Part shown: positions 35,906-47,492 of the stretch, piece after piece
Numbering within the stretch: position 1 is the first letter of the stretch
How the letters are laid out: every line of letters begins with the position of its first letter
NCBI GenBank assembly: GCA_020184695.1
Contig: JAANOX010000136.1
Location: forward strand, 209,611-273,610
Direction: 5' to 3'
Length of the DNA stretch: 64,000 bases
From: Histomonas meleagridis 2922-C6/04-290x
Lineage: Eukaryota > Protista > Parabasalia
The notes under the pieces: model-generated
Told to the model about the DNA's origin: nothing
Seen by the model: the letters and a program-made list of their open reading frames with translations, nothing else
The model's database searches: none
Translations under genes and position numbers: made by a program

Positions 35906-37612
35906 TTATCCTTGTGAATCTTTTAATTTTATTATGTCGTCACATTTATGATGTAGAATTTTGTTTGCAAATAATCGAATAATTTCTGCATTTTTCTTTT
36001 CTGATGATATCATAAGCGCTGTTTTATATGTTTATAAGTAATTCCAAATGTTTATATGAAATTTCATATTTTTTAAAAATACTTTAAATAAAACAAATAT
36101 ATATCTTTAGCATTAATATCAATTCCTTCTTGTTCAAGAAGTAATTTAACTATTTCTGTATGACCTTTTTCAGATGCCCAAATAAGTGCTGTATCATATA
36201 ATTTAAATAATTTCCAAATATTATTTTGAAATATTAAATTATTAAAATAAATATTAAATAAAACAAATAAATATCTTTAGCATTAATATCAATTCCTTCT
36301 TGTTCAAGAAGTAATTTAACTATTTCTGTGTAACCATAATAAGATGCTCTAATAAGTGCTGTATCATATAATTTAAATAATTTCCAAATATTATTTTGAA
36401 ATAAGAAATTATTAAAATAAATATCAAATAAAACAAATATATACTTTTAGCATTAATATCAATTCCTTTTTGTTTTAAAATGTATTTAACAAGTTCAATG
36501 TTTCCTGAAGATGAAGCAAAAACCAAAATATCTTCTGGAAGTTGATTATTTTTATGGAAATATTCAACTAAAAAAATATTTCCAGTTTTTGCTGCTTCAT
36601 TAATGATATTTTCATTTATTTTCATTCCTTCGTTTTCTAAATATGTAAAAATTTCATAATTAAAATATGAAACACATTTTTCTCCTAATTCTTCTAATTT
36701 ATTAATTTCTTCAATTTTATTTTCATAAAGATAATGAAAAATATCATTTTGTTGAAATTTAATTGCTGTTTCATATGCATTTTGAAAAGATGAATGATTC
36801 TGTTCACACAAATGAATGATTTCTTCATTTCCACCTGCAATTGCATATTTACCTGTGTTTTCTATATTTGCACCATTCATAAGTAAATATTTAAAACATT
36901 TAACAGAAGAAAAAAATGCTGCATAATCAATTAATGTAACATTATATTTATTAATAAATGAACATCTTTCATAAAGTGATCGTTCAATTGTTTGATTAAA
37001 ATCGAATTCATTTTGTGATGATATTTCTTGTAGTTTTTCGATTTCATCATTTCGAATTATTTTTGCAATTTCATTTGGATTAATTCCTTCTTTAATCAAT
37101 TGCTTATGAAGTGCAAAATCATTCTTCGAAAGTTCTTCATAAGAAATATTTTCCTCAATAAATAAATATTCATATTCATCTGAGTGATCTTGATTAATAT
37201 GAACAAAAAATGGTTCACATATATTTTGGATGATTTTTGTTTCAAGTAAATTATACTTAATCATGTAATTAAGTAGATAAAATGATTCTTGTGTGTTTTC
37301 TTTAAGTAGAAATTGAGAAAATAAATTTATTATTTTTGAGTTTATCTTATTATTTTCTTCATATTTTTCAATTTCTTGTAATAATCTCAAATATATATCA
37401 AAATTATTACTATTAATCAGAAGAGATGTATATATCATTCGGCTTATAATGAAATCATAAGATATTGGATATTCTTTACGGAAATTGGTGGTAATATAAT
37501 TTGCTGATTGAGCAAAATTACCGATATTCAAACCAAAGATTATGTTTTTGAGCGTTGTAAATGTTTCCCATTTGTTTTTATGTTTCTGGTTTGTTGTTTG
37601 CTTTTGGTGCAT
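35906..37612 (-). CDS. DUF3447 + ankyrin-array gene (locus B), the most intact copy: 430-aa first ORF plus 3 ankyrin units split by intervening sequences
   Basis: The ORF is uninterrupted from ATG 37612 to the first spacer. Ankyrin T codons at 36362, 36192 and 36022 (170-nt period; codon 30 at 36445 is 83 nt before 36362). Terminal TAA at 35906-35908. Confidence 0.8.
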
Positions 37613-38101
37613 TTTGAACGAATAAACTACTCAATAAAATGTAAACATTTAATAGAATTTTGTCTTTATTATCATATGATGAAAAAATATTCAAAATAAA
37701 TGAACCAATATTTGAAAAAATTGCATATATCATTGATATTTACTCATTACCGAATATCAATGATAACATTGGCCTTTACATTAAGGCGCTGAATTGAGCC
37801 CAAAAATTGCCAAAAATCAAGAAATAAATTAAATAAACATACTTTTTACGTGTAATCATTTTTTATTAAAAAAAATCCGTTCAATTGGCTGGCCCAACAA
37901 TCCATGGATGTTGTCGTACATCTTTGAGCGCACAATAATATATCGCCCTGTAATTGCAAAGACAAGCGTCGATATCGAATCAATATTTCAGTCGATTAGT
38001 CACTTTCCATTTAAATTCGTGTACGATACAATATACAAACGGTCTGTATAATATGTATCGTTACATACATTTTTTGAATCAGTTCAATTGTAAACCAAAA
38101 G

Positions 38102-38116
38102 TCACTTTTTTCAGTT
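38102..38116 (+). promoter_or_regulatory. Tandem initiator-like motifs TCACTT / TCAGTT
   Basis: They lie 4-18 nt upstream of the Rab ATG and resemble the trichomonad initiator (TCA-pyrimidine core). Confidence 0.45.
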
Positions 38117-38119
38117 GAC

Positions 38120-38695
38120 ATGGCAGCTCCGAAGGCTGTTTTCCTTGGGGATACTGGCATTGGCAAAACAACAATTTTACTTCGGATTTACAAGGACAAA
38201 TTTACATCACAAACTGAAAGTACCATCGGTGTTTCTTTTATCACAAAAACTTTCCAATCTTCAAGTGGAAAGCAAATTGATATACACTTTTGCGACACTG
38301 CCGGACAAGAAAGATTTAGAAGCATTGTTCCTATGTATGTACGGGATTGTGCAGCAGCAATTATAGTATGCAGCGTTGATAATTACGGAAGTATTGAACA
38401 TCTCCAAGAATGGTATGATTTATTAGACCAAAATAACAAAGAGTGTCCGTACATTTATGTGTTGCTCAATAAGTGCGATCTCCCAATTGATAAAAATAAT
38501 GAAAAAATGGTTGAAGCATGGGCCAATGGGAAAGAAATAACCATGTTTAAAGTAACGGCAACCATTCGAGAAAGCATTGAACCGTTTCTATATCAACTTG
38601 TTGAAGATATTGCAAAATTAAGTGCGCCAGGTAATTCCCAATCAGTCTCTGTCAAAGCAGAAAATGGTGAAGAGAACAAAAAATGTTGTTCATAG
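38120..38695 (+). CDS. Rab-family small GTPase
   Basis: GDTGIGKT (P-loop), STIGVSF (switch I), DTAGQERFRSI, NKCD and a C-terminal CCS prenylation motif. Confidence 0.95.
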   Translation: MAAPKAVFLGDTGIGKTTILLRIYKDKFTSQTESTIGVSFITKTFQSSSGKQIDIHFCDTAGQERFRSIVPMYVRDCAAAIIVCSVDNYGSIEHLQEWYDLLDQNNKECPYIYVLLNKCDLPIDKNNEKMVEAWANGKEITMFKVTATIRESIEPFLYQLVEDIAKLSAPGNSQSVSVKAENGEENKKCCS

Positions 38696-39138
38696 TATCC
38701 ATTTGTTGATAAAATATTTTGTTTCGTTATTAATTTTCGTTCATTTTCTAAAACTTCTCGAAACTGCAGCTTTTTCACCAAGACCTGTTGCATTTTTGCA
38801 TAGTTTTTTTCTTCTAAATTTATCAGCCAAAGTTACACGTTTTCACGCGAAAAAAAGAGAACCAACAACTTGCTCATTCAAATTTCATCCATTCAATCAC
38901 GTTGCAATATTTCAATAAACAATTTTTTCCATTCATTCAAAATTGAATGCAGAGATTCTATTTTAAAGCGCTGTGAAGCAACTGTAAAAATGGCTTTCGA
39001 TTTCATTCACAATAAAGTTAAGCGAAATCTAATTTCATTACGACAGCTCCATGAAAACGATTTTTTTTCTATATCATTTGATTATATAACTTAATAATAA
39101 TTTTTTTCATAATTTCGAAGTGCTTTACATTATAAAAA

Positions 39139-42100
39139 TTATTTATTTACATCATCACCATCTGACACTATATCCTTAAAAGATGCTATTGCCCAGTCCA
39201 CAGCCGAAGTCCCCATTTTCGTCACTGCCAAAAACTCCAAAATTTTCTCGTTGCTTGTTCCCGAGAAATCTGTTTGTTTATATCTCTGCACTTTCCTACA
39301 TATTCCCAACAACTTGTACATCTTTTCCTGCTTCGCCAACAGTATCACAATTGCAGCGCATATGAAAACGCCTTGTCCATATTTAGCGAATCCATTACTT
39401 TCATTTTGTTGACGATTAGTTTCCATTAGACAATAGACGAATTCTATGATTGACCAATACGACGCGAAACATTTCATATCATTTATATCATTTTTATTGT
39501 CGTCGTCAATGAATACATTAATTTCTTTTAATAAATCTGATTTGAACAATTCGAAAATCATTTTCAATAAATTGTTTTCATATAAATTCGGTCGACTTAT
39601 TAAAGCTTTCATTGCATTTTGTTGTTCGACGTCAAACAAATTTATTATTTCAGTATGTGGATTACCTTCTTCATCATTACACTTTAAGTAATCTAATAGT
39701 AACGCTATCTCATGATATTTCATTGATAATGATTGATCAATCATTAATGATATCATAAATATATTACCAATTCTTTGCATTGATGACAAAAGTTTTATAA
39801 AGTCCAAATCTTTAAATAAGAATTTATATGCATTTTCATAGCGTAAAAATGCTGTTTGTGTATTAGTACCAAATGGTGAATCTTTAATTCGTGTTAATTT
39901 AGGTATTAAGTTTTGATATTTTATTAGAAAGTTTTCGAATAGTTTCGGTATTTGTTGTATTATCATTTGATTTAATATAGTGATAGAACCACTTGAAAAA
40001 TCTTTAAAGAATATATAAAAATGTTGCGTCGATATAAAACCTATTGTTGGCTCTAAAATTTCTTTTAATATTTTACCTAAACTTAATTTGCCTAATAAAT
40101 CAGCTGATAATTGTTGTTTCTTAGGTGGTATAAAACGTAAAGGGTTTATAAATAAGATAAACTTTGGTATGATTTGATGTAATAAATGTTGAAGTACATC
40201 TTTTAAATATTTGGAATAAAATGTTTGTAAACTTTCGTTCTTTGAAGCACGAATTATATCTTTAAAAGGCATTAAAGGTAATCCTTGTTCAATCATCATA
40301 TGATGTGTTCGATATATTATATTTATCATATGAGAAATAGTTAATGCTGCTGATATACCTAATGTTTTACCCATACCATATAATCTAGAGACAAAATTAT
40401 TTAATTCTTGATCTACACGTGGCGATATTAATGTTTCTAATGCAACTTGTTTAGATAATAAACTATATTGATTTTGTAATAATAATGTACGTAATCGATA
40501 AGCTTGTGATTTAGGTAAATGTTTATGTTTGTTCTTAAGATTAACCTTAATCGAATCAGGAATATGATGTAACGTAGCAAATGTTTTAAATGCATTAAAT
40601 GTAAATTCCCCAATTAATACTGATAATGTATCTAAACAAACATTAGCTTCTGCGCAAATTTCATTAAATATTAAACTCGACTTTAATTTATGTATTGAGA
40701 TATATGCGGCATCATCATAAATAGATAATGGATAAAATATAATATCAGTAATATCTGGTTGATCATAATTGTCTAATGCAAACTCACATAAGATAAATGG
40801 TAATGATGCACGGACTGGAAATTGGACTTCTTGATTAAGATCTAATTGTACTTCTTTGAAATAAAATGAACTTTGATCTGATGCAACTAATAATGTTTGA
40901 TCTAAATCTAAAAGTTCGATCCAATTCTGACTCGTTTGTATGAAACTTTTAAGGATAATCGAACAATCTTCAACCCATGAATGGCCGCCTCTCTTTTTAA
41001 TTTGTTGTGACATTGATAATATTAATGTTAATAAATGTTGCGTTTGAATACGTATAAACTCTATAAGTTGTGGAGATGGTGATGCAATTCGAACATGAAT
41101 TTCATGTTTACCTGCATCTGGTTTCTTAAATAACATTTCTTCATTTTGCGTCCAATCTCCTGCAATCGTTCGAATATATGTTATCATATTCCGAAAATAT
41201 TGTTTGTTCTTTTTGATCTTATAATATACTTTTTCTAATGAATTTTTGACAAATTCTTGAAATGTTAAATGGATTGAGTTACAGATCTTTTGATAGATAA
41301 CTGAGATATTACCAAGTATAAAGTCATGTAATTCACGACATAACGCTAATAATTGTAAAATGGCCCTTAACTCAGATTGTGTAAATCCATGGCGAACTGT
41401 TCGCTCATATGGTTTCATCGAACTTGGCTCAAAACATGGATTTTGGATACGATATGAATATTGTTCTCGAATAATATTCGTTGTTGATGAGATAAGTTTG
41501 ATGGATTCTGACAAAACGGTTATTATGATGAGATGTGAACGGTTTTGAACTTTTTGACTCATGGCAATTTCGGTTTGCAATTGTGTGAGTAAATCTAAGA
41601 ATTTAAACCGTAAATCTTTATGTAACGTTTCTAGATCAATGGCTTTGGGTTGAATTTGATCAGATAAGATCGTGACATTAAAATAATTAACAAAATCATA
41701 TGAATATTCATAGATAAGTGGTACACATGTAGAACGTTGGAAAAATGTTTTGACTAAAGGAATATCGACGGGATTAACAATGTTTGGACAAAGTTTAACA
41801 AAAAATGCAAAGGAAATTATATGAGAATATCTGGTTTCATATATTAATGGAGTGGTTTGAAGTGATTCAAGTAAATATCGATATGAAGATGTGGAAGCAT
41901 GTGCTAATTTATCAGGAGGAAGAAGTTTCATTTTGGAAACTAAGCTGTCCATAACAGGAGAAATGTCTTCAAGCCATTTTTTAGTTAATGGATCTACAAC
42001 ATTACCATGTGGAAATTCAACATTGAAAATTCGATCAAACTCACTAAGATCTGTATAAATCTGCTTCTTGACTCCACGAATTGAGTCAAGGCAAAATAGT

Positions 42101-42582
42101 TTATAAATGAGCATAAATATATTATCAAGAAGTTCGGTAGAATAATCTGCAGTTTTAACAAAAACATTAAAAATACAGTTAGTACTGTCTTTAACATGTT
42201 CAATAGTTGTGACTAAAAATTCCATCAATGGCTTAAGATATAATAGCGCAACTTGACTAATTTTACTATAATCACATGGGCTTGATTGAAAATAGTTTTT
42301 CAAAGGAGCCATAATTGACCTACGTGAATAAAATTTATATATACATTTATCAATTTTGGATTGAAAATCTTTAAGAAGAATAATTGACTTAATATCGTTA
42401 GATGCGGCTAAATCTGTGTTATGATAAACTTCATGGTTTAAACATGATTCTGTTGGAATTCTAAGAAAAGTTGCGTTTGGCGCTGAATTTGGTGTTGTGC
42501 TAACTATCTCCAGATCTCTTAGATCTGTTACATCACGGCCCTCAGTTTTTTGTGCTTGAAAGAGGGATCCAACTCTTGACAT
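39139..42582 (-). CDS. CYFIP: CYFIP/Sra-1/PIR121 family protein (WAVE regulatory complex subunit)
   Basis: 1147 aa. VQFPVRASLPFIL, FYPLSIYDDAA, IFNEICAEANVCLD, LLLQNQYSLLSKQVAL and FAKYGQGVFICAAIVILL correspond to conserved CYFIP blocks. Confidence 0.85.
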   Translation of the reverse strand: MSRVGSLFQAQKTEGRDVTDLRDLEIVSTTPNSAPNATFLRIPTESCLNHEVYHNTDLAASNDIKSIILLKDFQSKIDKCIYKFYSRRSIMAPLKNYFQSSPCDYSKISQVALLYLKPLMEFLVTTIEHVKDSTNCIFNVFVKTADYSTELLDNIFMLIYKLFCLDSIRGVKKQIYTDLSEFDRIFNVEFPHGNVVDPLTKKWLEDISPVMDSLVSKMKLLPPDKLAHASTSSYRYLLESLQTTPLIYETRYSHIISFAFFVKLCPNIVNPVDIPLVKTFFQRSTCVPLIYEYSYDFVNYFNVTILSDQIQPKAIDLETLHKDLRFKFLDLLTQLQTEIAMSQKVQNRSHLIIITVLSESIKLISSTTNIIREQYSYRIQNPCFEPSSMKPYERTVRHGFTQSELRAILQLLALCRELHDFILGNISVIYQKICNSIHLTFQEFVKNSLEKVYYKIKKNKQYFRNMITYIRTIAGDWTQNEEMLFKKPDAGKHEIHVRIASPSPQLIEFIRIQTQHLLTLILSMSQQIKKRGGHSWVEDCSIILKSFIQTSQNWIELLDLDQTLLVASDQSSFYFKEVQLDLNQEVQFPVRASLPFILCEFALDNYDQPDITDIIFYPLSIYDDAAYISIHKLKSSLIFNEICAEANVCLDTLSVLIGEFTFNAFKTFATLHHIPDSIKVNLKNKHKHLPKSQAYRLRTLLLQNQYSLLSKQVALETLISPRVDQELNNFVSRLYGMGKTLGISAALTISHMINIIYRTHHMMIEQGLPLMPFKDIIRASKNESLQTFYSKYLKDVLQHLLHQIIPKFILFINPLRFIPPKKQQLSADLLGKLSLGKILKEILEPTIGFISTQHFYIFFKDFSSGSITILNQMIIQQIPKLFENFLIKYQNLIPKLTRIKDSPFGTNTQTAFLRYENAYKFLFKDLDFIKLLSSMQRIGNIFMISLMIDQSLSMKYHEIALLLDYLKCNDEEGNPHTEIINLFDVEQQNAMKALISRPNLYENNLLKMIFELFKSDLLKEINVFIDDDNKNDINDMKCFASYWSIIEFVYCLMETNRQQNESNGFAKYGQGVFICAAIVILLAKQEKMYKLLGICRKVQRYKQTDFSGTSNEKILEFLAVTKMGTSAVDWAIASFKDIVSDGDDVNK

Positions 42583-43372
42583 TAAAAAAAAGTTCTCAAA
42601 ACTCGCCGATCGGCAGCGGTTGTATCATTTAATTTGTTTATTTACTCTCTCAATTTACCCTCAGAATCCATTTCTAACGCTCAGAAAAAGGTCAACGTTG
42701 AAAAGTTGGAAATATCGGAATTTCGCTGACTCGTCAGCATAAATTCAAGTAAACACCAATCTAAAGTAATCTCTTTATATAAAACAGAATTCTTTTTGCA
42801 ATAATAGTTAAATATGTGAAATAATCAGAAAATTTATAAAAATCATATATTTCTATATGATAAAGAACATAAAATGGAAGTATTATTCTGATATATAAAT
42901 CTTAACGTAATTTAATTTTATGAAAAAAAAATGTATAAAAGTTTAGTTTTCGTAAATGTCTGAAACTTTAATTTTAATTATTAGGAAGATAAGATAGTAG
43001 AATATTAAGAACAATAAATAAACAAAGAAATCCTCCTATATTGCCTGATTAGCCTTTGTTGATGAAATTATTTTACAAAATTTTAATTTCATTTAAAAAT
43101 GATGAAGCATAATATTATTTTAAGATTCGTATTAGGTTGTATTAATATTATTGAGATATCTTTCTATTTTTATTAAAATAATTTTCAACGAATATTTATC
43201 TGATCGATAACTTTTTGAGGTATTTTACCCATAGTTTTCAAGTACGATTAAATCTATATTGAATCTTTTGCCTGATGAACTTATTCAGAAATAACAGCGT
43301 AGTCAAAGATGTTTTCAATTTCTGCCGAATAAATTTATCAAAATTGATTTGACATTTTCAATACTTTGCAAT

Positions 43373-46363
43373 ATGGGATCTTACGACCTTATCCTTACGA
43401 AAAGGGGTATTCACTACCTAGTGATGACTCCAGAATCCAGTAATTCTACTTATGTTGTTTCTATAAGCTCAGCTACAGGTAGACCATTCTATGCTGGAAT
43501 TCCTCTCGCAGATTTATACCCAAATCATCTATTTGCGATAGATGACATAGCTAAAAGGTGTGGATATTACAAGAGGTTTTCTTCCACAAAAGGTCTTATT
43601 GGAATTGCAAAGCATAAAAATGAAGTTTTAATTGGTTTTGTTGAAGCATCTGAAGTAGTAGGATGGATTCCTGGAGGTCATCTTATTAACAAAATCACTG
43701 GTACAAAATTTATTTCAATTCATTCTCGACATGAAACAACATTTGAAAAGTTTCAAATAAATGACAACCATATATTCTGCGAATCATATGATATAACGAG
43801 ACCATTTCCTTCATCACATAAAAGTACAGACCCAGATTTAGGATTCATTTGGAACGCAGAATGGATAAAGCCATTTCAACAAATAGGGCTTGGATTTTGT
43901 TGTATTCCACTAGTGCAAGGCTATGCTAATTCATCAAACTTTACAAAACCATTTGGATTTTCTTTGACATATATTATCAGAAGGTCATCATTAAATCCAG
44001 GTGTTAGATACATGGCACGTGGTCTAAACAAGAACAATGATCCAGGAAATGAGGCTGAATGCCAAATAATCATTGAAAGAGATGATAATTATTATACACA
44101 TTTTTGGCGACGTGGTTCAATTCCAATTCGTTGGAAGACTGAAATACCTCTGGTTGTTGGAACTCCTGTTCATTCTACACGGAAAAACTTTTCAAAAGGT
44201 ACAAAAGAATATTTCCAAAAACTTTTCGATCGATATGGTCAAGAACAAACTATATCATGTATTTCGTTACTTTCTGCTAATGAGATGGAACTTTTTAAGG
44301 CGTATGAAACCGCAATTCAAGATATTCCAAATGTCCAAGTTATTCAATACGACTTCAACAAGAGGTCAGCCGAGCTCAAAAAGAGAGCGTTGTATAAGGA
44401 ATTACATGACATACTTCAACCTTTGATTGATAATTTTGGATTTGCACATATAGATCAACAAAACGATCATCAATCCAAACAAAACGGATTTTGCCGATTT
44501 AACTGTGCAGATTCACTTGATCGAGTTAATATTGTTTCATTCTATTATACTCTTTTTCTCATTCGAAAGTGGCTCGAGACAAAACCGCCGCAAACCGTTG
44601 TCGATTTCATTGCGAAATCATTTTATGATTCAGGGAATATTATTTCAATGTTATACACCAATACAATGGCCATTAAGACCACATTTCTTCAAGCATATTC
44701 TAATGTTATTCCACCAACGCAAACAGATGCAGCGATTACTGTTCAACGAAGGTACCAAAATGTAGCAGTAGATCCACAACGTAATGAAGAAATTGTCTCA
44801 TTTTTGAATCCTAATCCACTCTCAAACAAAATTCTCTTTGATTCTATTCATACATTTATTATTAATTCCCATTTTCCACATGAATTATTTGATCCATTTT
44901 TACTTCGTAGTCGAATTATCAACGACAAAAAAGTCACTTTAATGTTACCGACATATTTACGGATATCCAAAATCATTTTATTCAGGTGTACTGCGTCGAA
45001 ACTTCTTGTATCAGTTGGCCAAAACATTAATGAGCAACAAACAGTTGCTGAGTTTTATGTCCCATTTTCTAAGTTAAACATAATATTTACGTTACGAATC
45101 TTAGAAAAGTTTGGACTAACTAATTTAAGTGATAAACTTATTCGCTTTGTAACATTAGAATTTGTTACTGATAAGCCGACATTTAATTGTGGTGAAATAT
45201 CATTAGAATATGAAATGATATTTAATCCATATCAAGCAATAAATTATACATTTAATTATGACAAAGAAAATTTGGAAAATTATGAAAATAAATTTAATGA
45301 ATTCTTACAATCAAATAAATATTTAAAGGATATATTAACTTTAGAACAAAAAAGAATCGAATTAAATATATCAGAAGAAGAAAGATTGAAATTATCTTTA
45401 AAGAACTCATTGAACCCTTTCATTTCTGATCCAATCGGAAGAATTATGGACTCGTGCAACCACAAAAGATGTTCTTTCTGCGGTAAATCTGATGTACCTT
45501 TAGATAGTTATAAATTAACTCTCAAAAGACAAACGCCAAAATTATATTATTGTCAAGAATGTAATGAATTCGCTCTTAAATATTTAAATATGAATGACAT
45601 TTATAATGAAAATAATTATGTAACAATAGAACCAATAAAATTAAAGCCTTTGTTGGAATTAGAACCAAAAAGAAATAGAATGGAAAGATTAACGTACCCA
45701 ACAACCGCAGTTTTCTCTGAATTCGGGCAAAATAAATTAATTGAAGGAGAAAAATATTTACTCGAAAAACCGACAAAATTTGAACTGTGTTTTGCCAAAA
45801 CCGCAATTGTCTCTGAAATTCTGCTATCGTCAACAGAAGCAAAAAGTTTTAAATTAAAATATGAAAATGAAGAAATTACACCAAACGAAAATTCATTTGT
45901 TTTAAAGGAACCAGTAATAACACAAAAATTCGAGTTTGTGGTTGAAGGTGAAAATGTCGAATTATGTGATTTCAAAATTTTCGGAGTTTTCATTCAAGAC
46001 CCACCAAATGATCTTGAAAAAGCCGAACGAACAATACTCCAAAATATTGAGTCATATGGATATGAATGGAATGAAGAACAAAGAACTGCAACATTTAAGT
46101 TCGATGGAAATAAATCGATTTCCAAAATTGGCGTTGAAACAATTTGTGTTGAAGATACAAAAGCGTTTGGGCAATCAATAATTCTTCATTTTATGAGAGA
46201 TAATGATATTGTTAATGACATTCATTTGATTTTACCTTACGTAAAAGAAGGAACAATACTTTGGTACAATATCGAAATTAATGATTTTAACAGAATCGAA
46301 ATGTATTATACGGATAGAGTCCAAAAAATACGACCGAACCTATTTGGCTTTGTTTTCAAATAA
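43373..46363 (+). CDS. SAC1-domain phosphoinositide phosphatase (SAC9-like)
   Basis: IIRRSSLNPGVRYMARGLN, NEAECQII, WRRGSIPIRW and catalytic RFNCADSLDRVN. A later CxxC...CxxC (CSFCGK...YCQEC). First ATG at 43373. Confidence 0.88.
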   Translation: MGSYDLILTKRGIHYLVMTPESSNSTYVVSISSATGRPFYAGIPLADLYPNHLFAIDDIAKRCGYYKRFSSTKGLIGIAKHKNEVLIGFVEASEVVGWIPGGHLINKITGTKFISIHSRHETTFEKFQINDNHIFCESYDITRPFPSSHKSTDPDLGFIWNAEWIKPFQQIGLGFCCIPLVQGYANSSNFTKPFGFSLTYIIRRSSLNPGVRYMARGLNKNNDPGNEAECQIIIERDDNYYTHFWRRGSIPIRWKTEIPLVVGTPVHSTRKNFSKGTKEYFQKLFDRYGQEQTISCISLLSANEMELFKAYETAIQDIPNVQVIQYDFNKRSAELKKRALYKELHDILQPLIDNFGFAHIDQQNDHQSKQNGFCRFNCADSLDRVNIVSFYYTLFLIRKWLETKPPQTVVDFIAKSFYDSGNIISMLYTNTMAIKTTFLQAYSNVIPPTQTDAAITVQRRYQNVAVDPQRNEEIVSFLNPNPLSNKILFDSIHTFIINSHFPHELFDPFLLRSRIINDKKVTLMLPTYLRISKIILFRCTASKLLVSVGQNINEQQTVAEFYVPFSKLNIIFTLRILEKFGLTNLSDKLIRFVTLEFVTDKPTFNCGEISLEYEMIFNPYQAINYTFNYDKENLENYENKFNEFLQSNKYLKDILTLEQKRIELNISEEERLKLSLKNSLNPFISDPIGRIMDSCNHKRCSFCGKSDVPLDSYKLTLKRQTPKLYYCQECNEFALKYLNMNDIYNENNYVTIEPIKLKPLLELEPKRNRMERLTYPTTAVFSEFGQNKLIEGEKYLLEKPTKFELCFAKTAIVSEILLSSTEAKSFKLKYENEEITPNENSFVLKEPVITQKFEFVVEGENVELCDFKIFGVFIQDPPNDLEKAERTILQNIESYGYEWNEEQRTATFKFDGNKSISKIGVETICVEDTKAFGQSIILHFMRDNDIVNDIHLILPYVKEGTILWYNIEINDFNRIEMYYTDRVQKIRPNLFGFVFK

Positions 46364-47492
46364 GTAAACAGAATATTTGCATCAATTTTTTTTTTTTTGA
46401 CAATTTCCGAATTTTCTTTAGACATTATATTAATTACTAAAAGTTATCTGGAAAACACTTAAAAATTGATATTATATTTGATTTGAAGTTTTGTTGGGTT
46501 GTTCTGAACAAAATTCTTACTGAAGAAGAAAAGCAAAAACGAAGTTGCATTGAAGGTCCGAATCGTCAGAGAAATTTAATATGGGACTAGAAGGGAAATT
46601 ATAAAATATTCAATTTGGATATCCAAATTTAACAAAGAAAAGAAAATTTTATTTAAGGGACTGCTCCTTATACGTTAAGTATCACTGTCAATGTCTAAAC
46701 GGTCACTAAAAAGCCCTTTTACACTTTTAGTGAAGAGCTTTTGAACATGTTTAAATTTTTGAAAATACAATGCATTAAATCTCTTAAACCACTGAACTCA
46801 GCAAGTAGTAAGGTAAGGAAAGAAACCACAAATAAAAAGAAATCAAATTCATACTGATGCGCATTAATCGCGCATTAATGCGATGTGCTGTGGTACTCTG
46901 GTTGAGTTGAGATGTTTTATATATGTGAAGAAAAAGTAAAAATAATCATAAACAAAATTTCTTCAATATCTATTATTAACTAAATTTTATTACTGGACAT
47001 CAAGGTTTATTGTTTTTTATGGGTTATCCCATCTTATAGTAAGGCACTAAGCCCGCAAAATTTTCCCTTCTTAAGCAAAGCTAAGCCCCAACAGAGATCC
47101 AACATTGTTGTTGAGCAAATCCATATATTCTGAAATGGAAATATATCTGATAACAATGTTTTTGATGCTTTCATCAAAGAATCAATAAATAAATTTAAAA
47201 TATGGCAAAAACAAGGTTGCAAATGAATTTGTGGTTATGAAAAATATGTGGAAGATCTACTTTTTGGGTTTGCCAATTATTAAATAATAAAAGTGTAAAA
47301 CCAAGAAACCTTCGATTTGAAGCATATGTTCACTCATCTAGTGAAAGTGTTGAGCTTTCACATGAATTTATTAAAATTTTTGCCTGCTCATAAATATTTG
47401 ATAAATTTTCAACGAGAGTTTGTCTATAAGGTAAACTTGAGAACAGTTCTCCTAAATCTTCATCTTCAACCTAGAGAAAAGACAAACTATTG

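Noticed and set aside
4337-46181. Numerous 60-125-aa ORFs antisense to or overlapping the long genes in the ORF track
   Set aside because: They are shadow frames of real genes with biased composition and no motifs.
38120-46363. Functional cluster of membrane-trafficking genes (Rab, CYFIP, SAC phosphatase)
   Set aside because: Eukaryotic neighbours in mixed orientation, from very large functional classes. No shared regulatory element beyond small GC palindromes (42605-42614, 42725-42738) that could be chance.
46854-46885. GCGCATTAAT direct repeat with a CGCATTAATGCG palindrome
   Set aside because: An isolated 12-bp palindrome from a small local duplication, with no second copy or associated feature seen.
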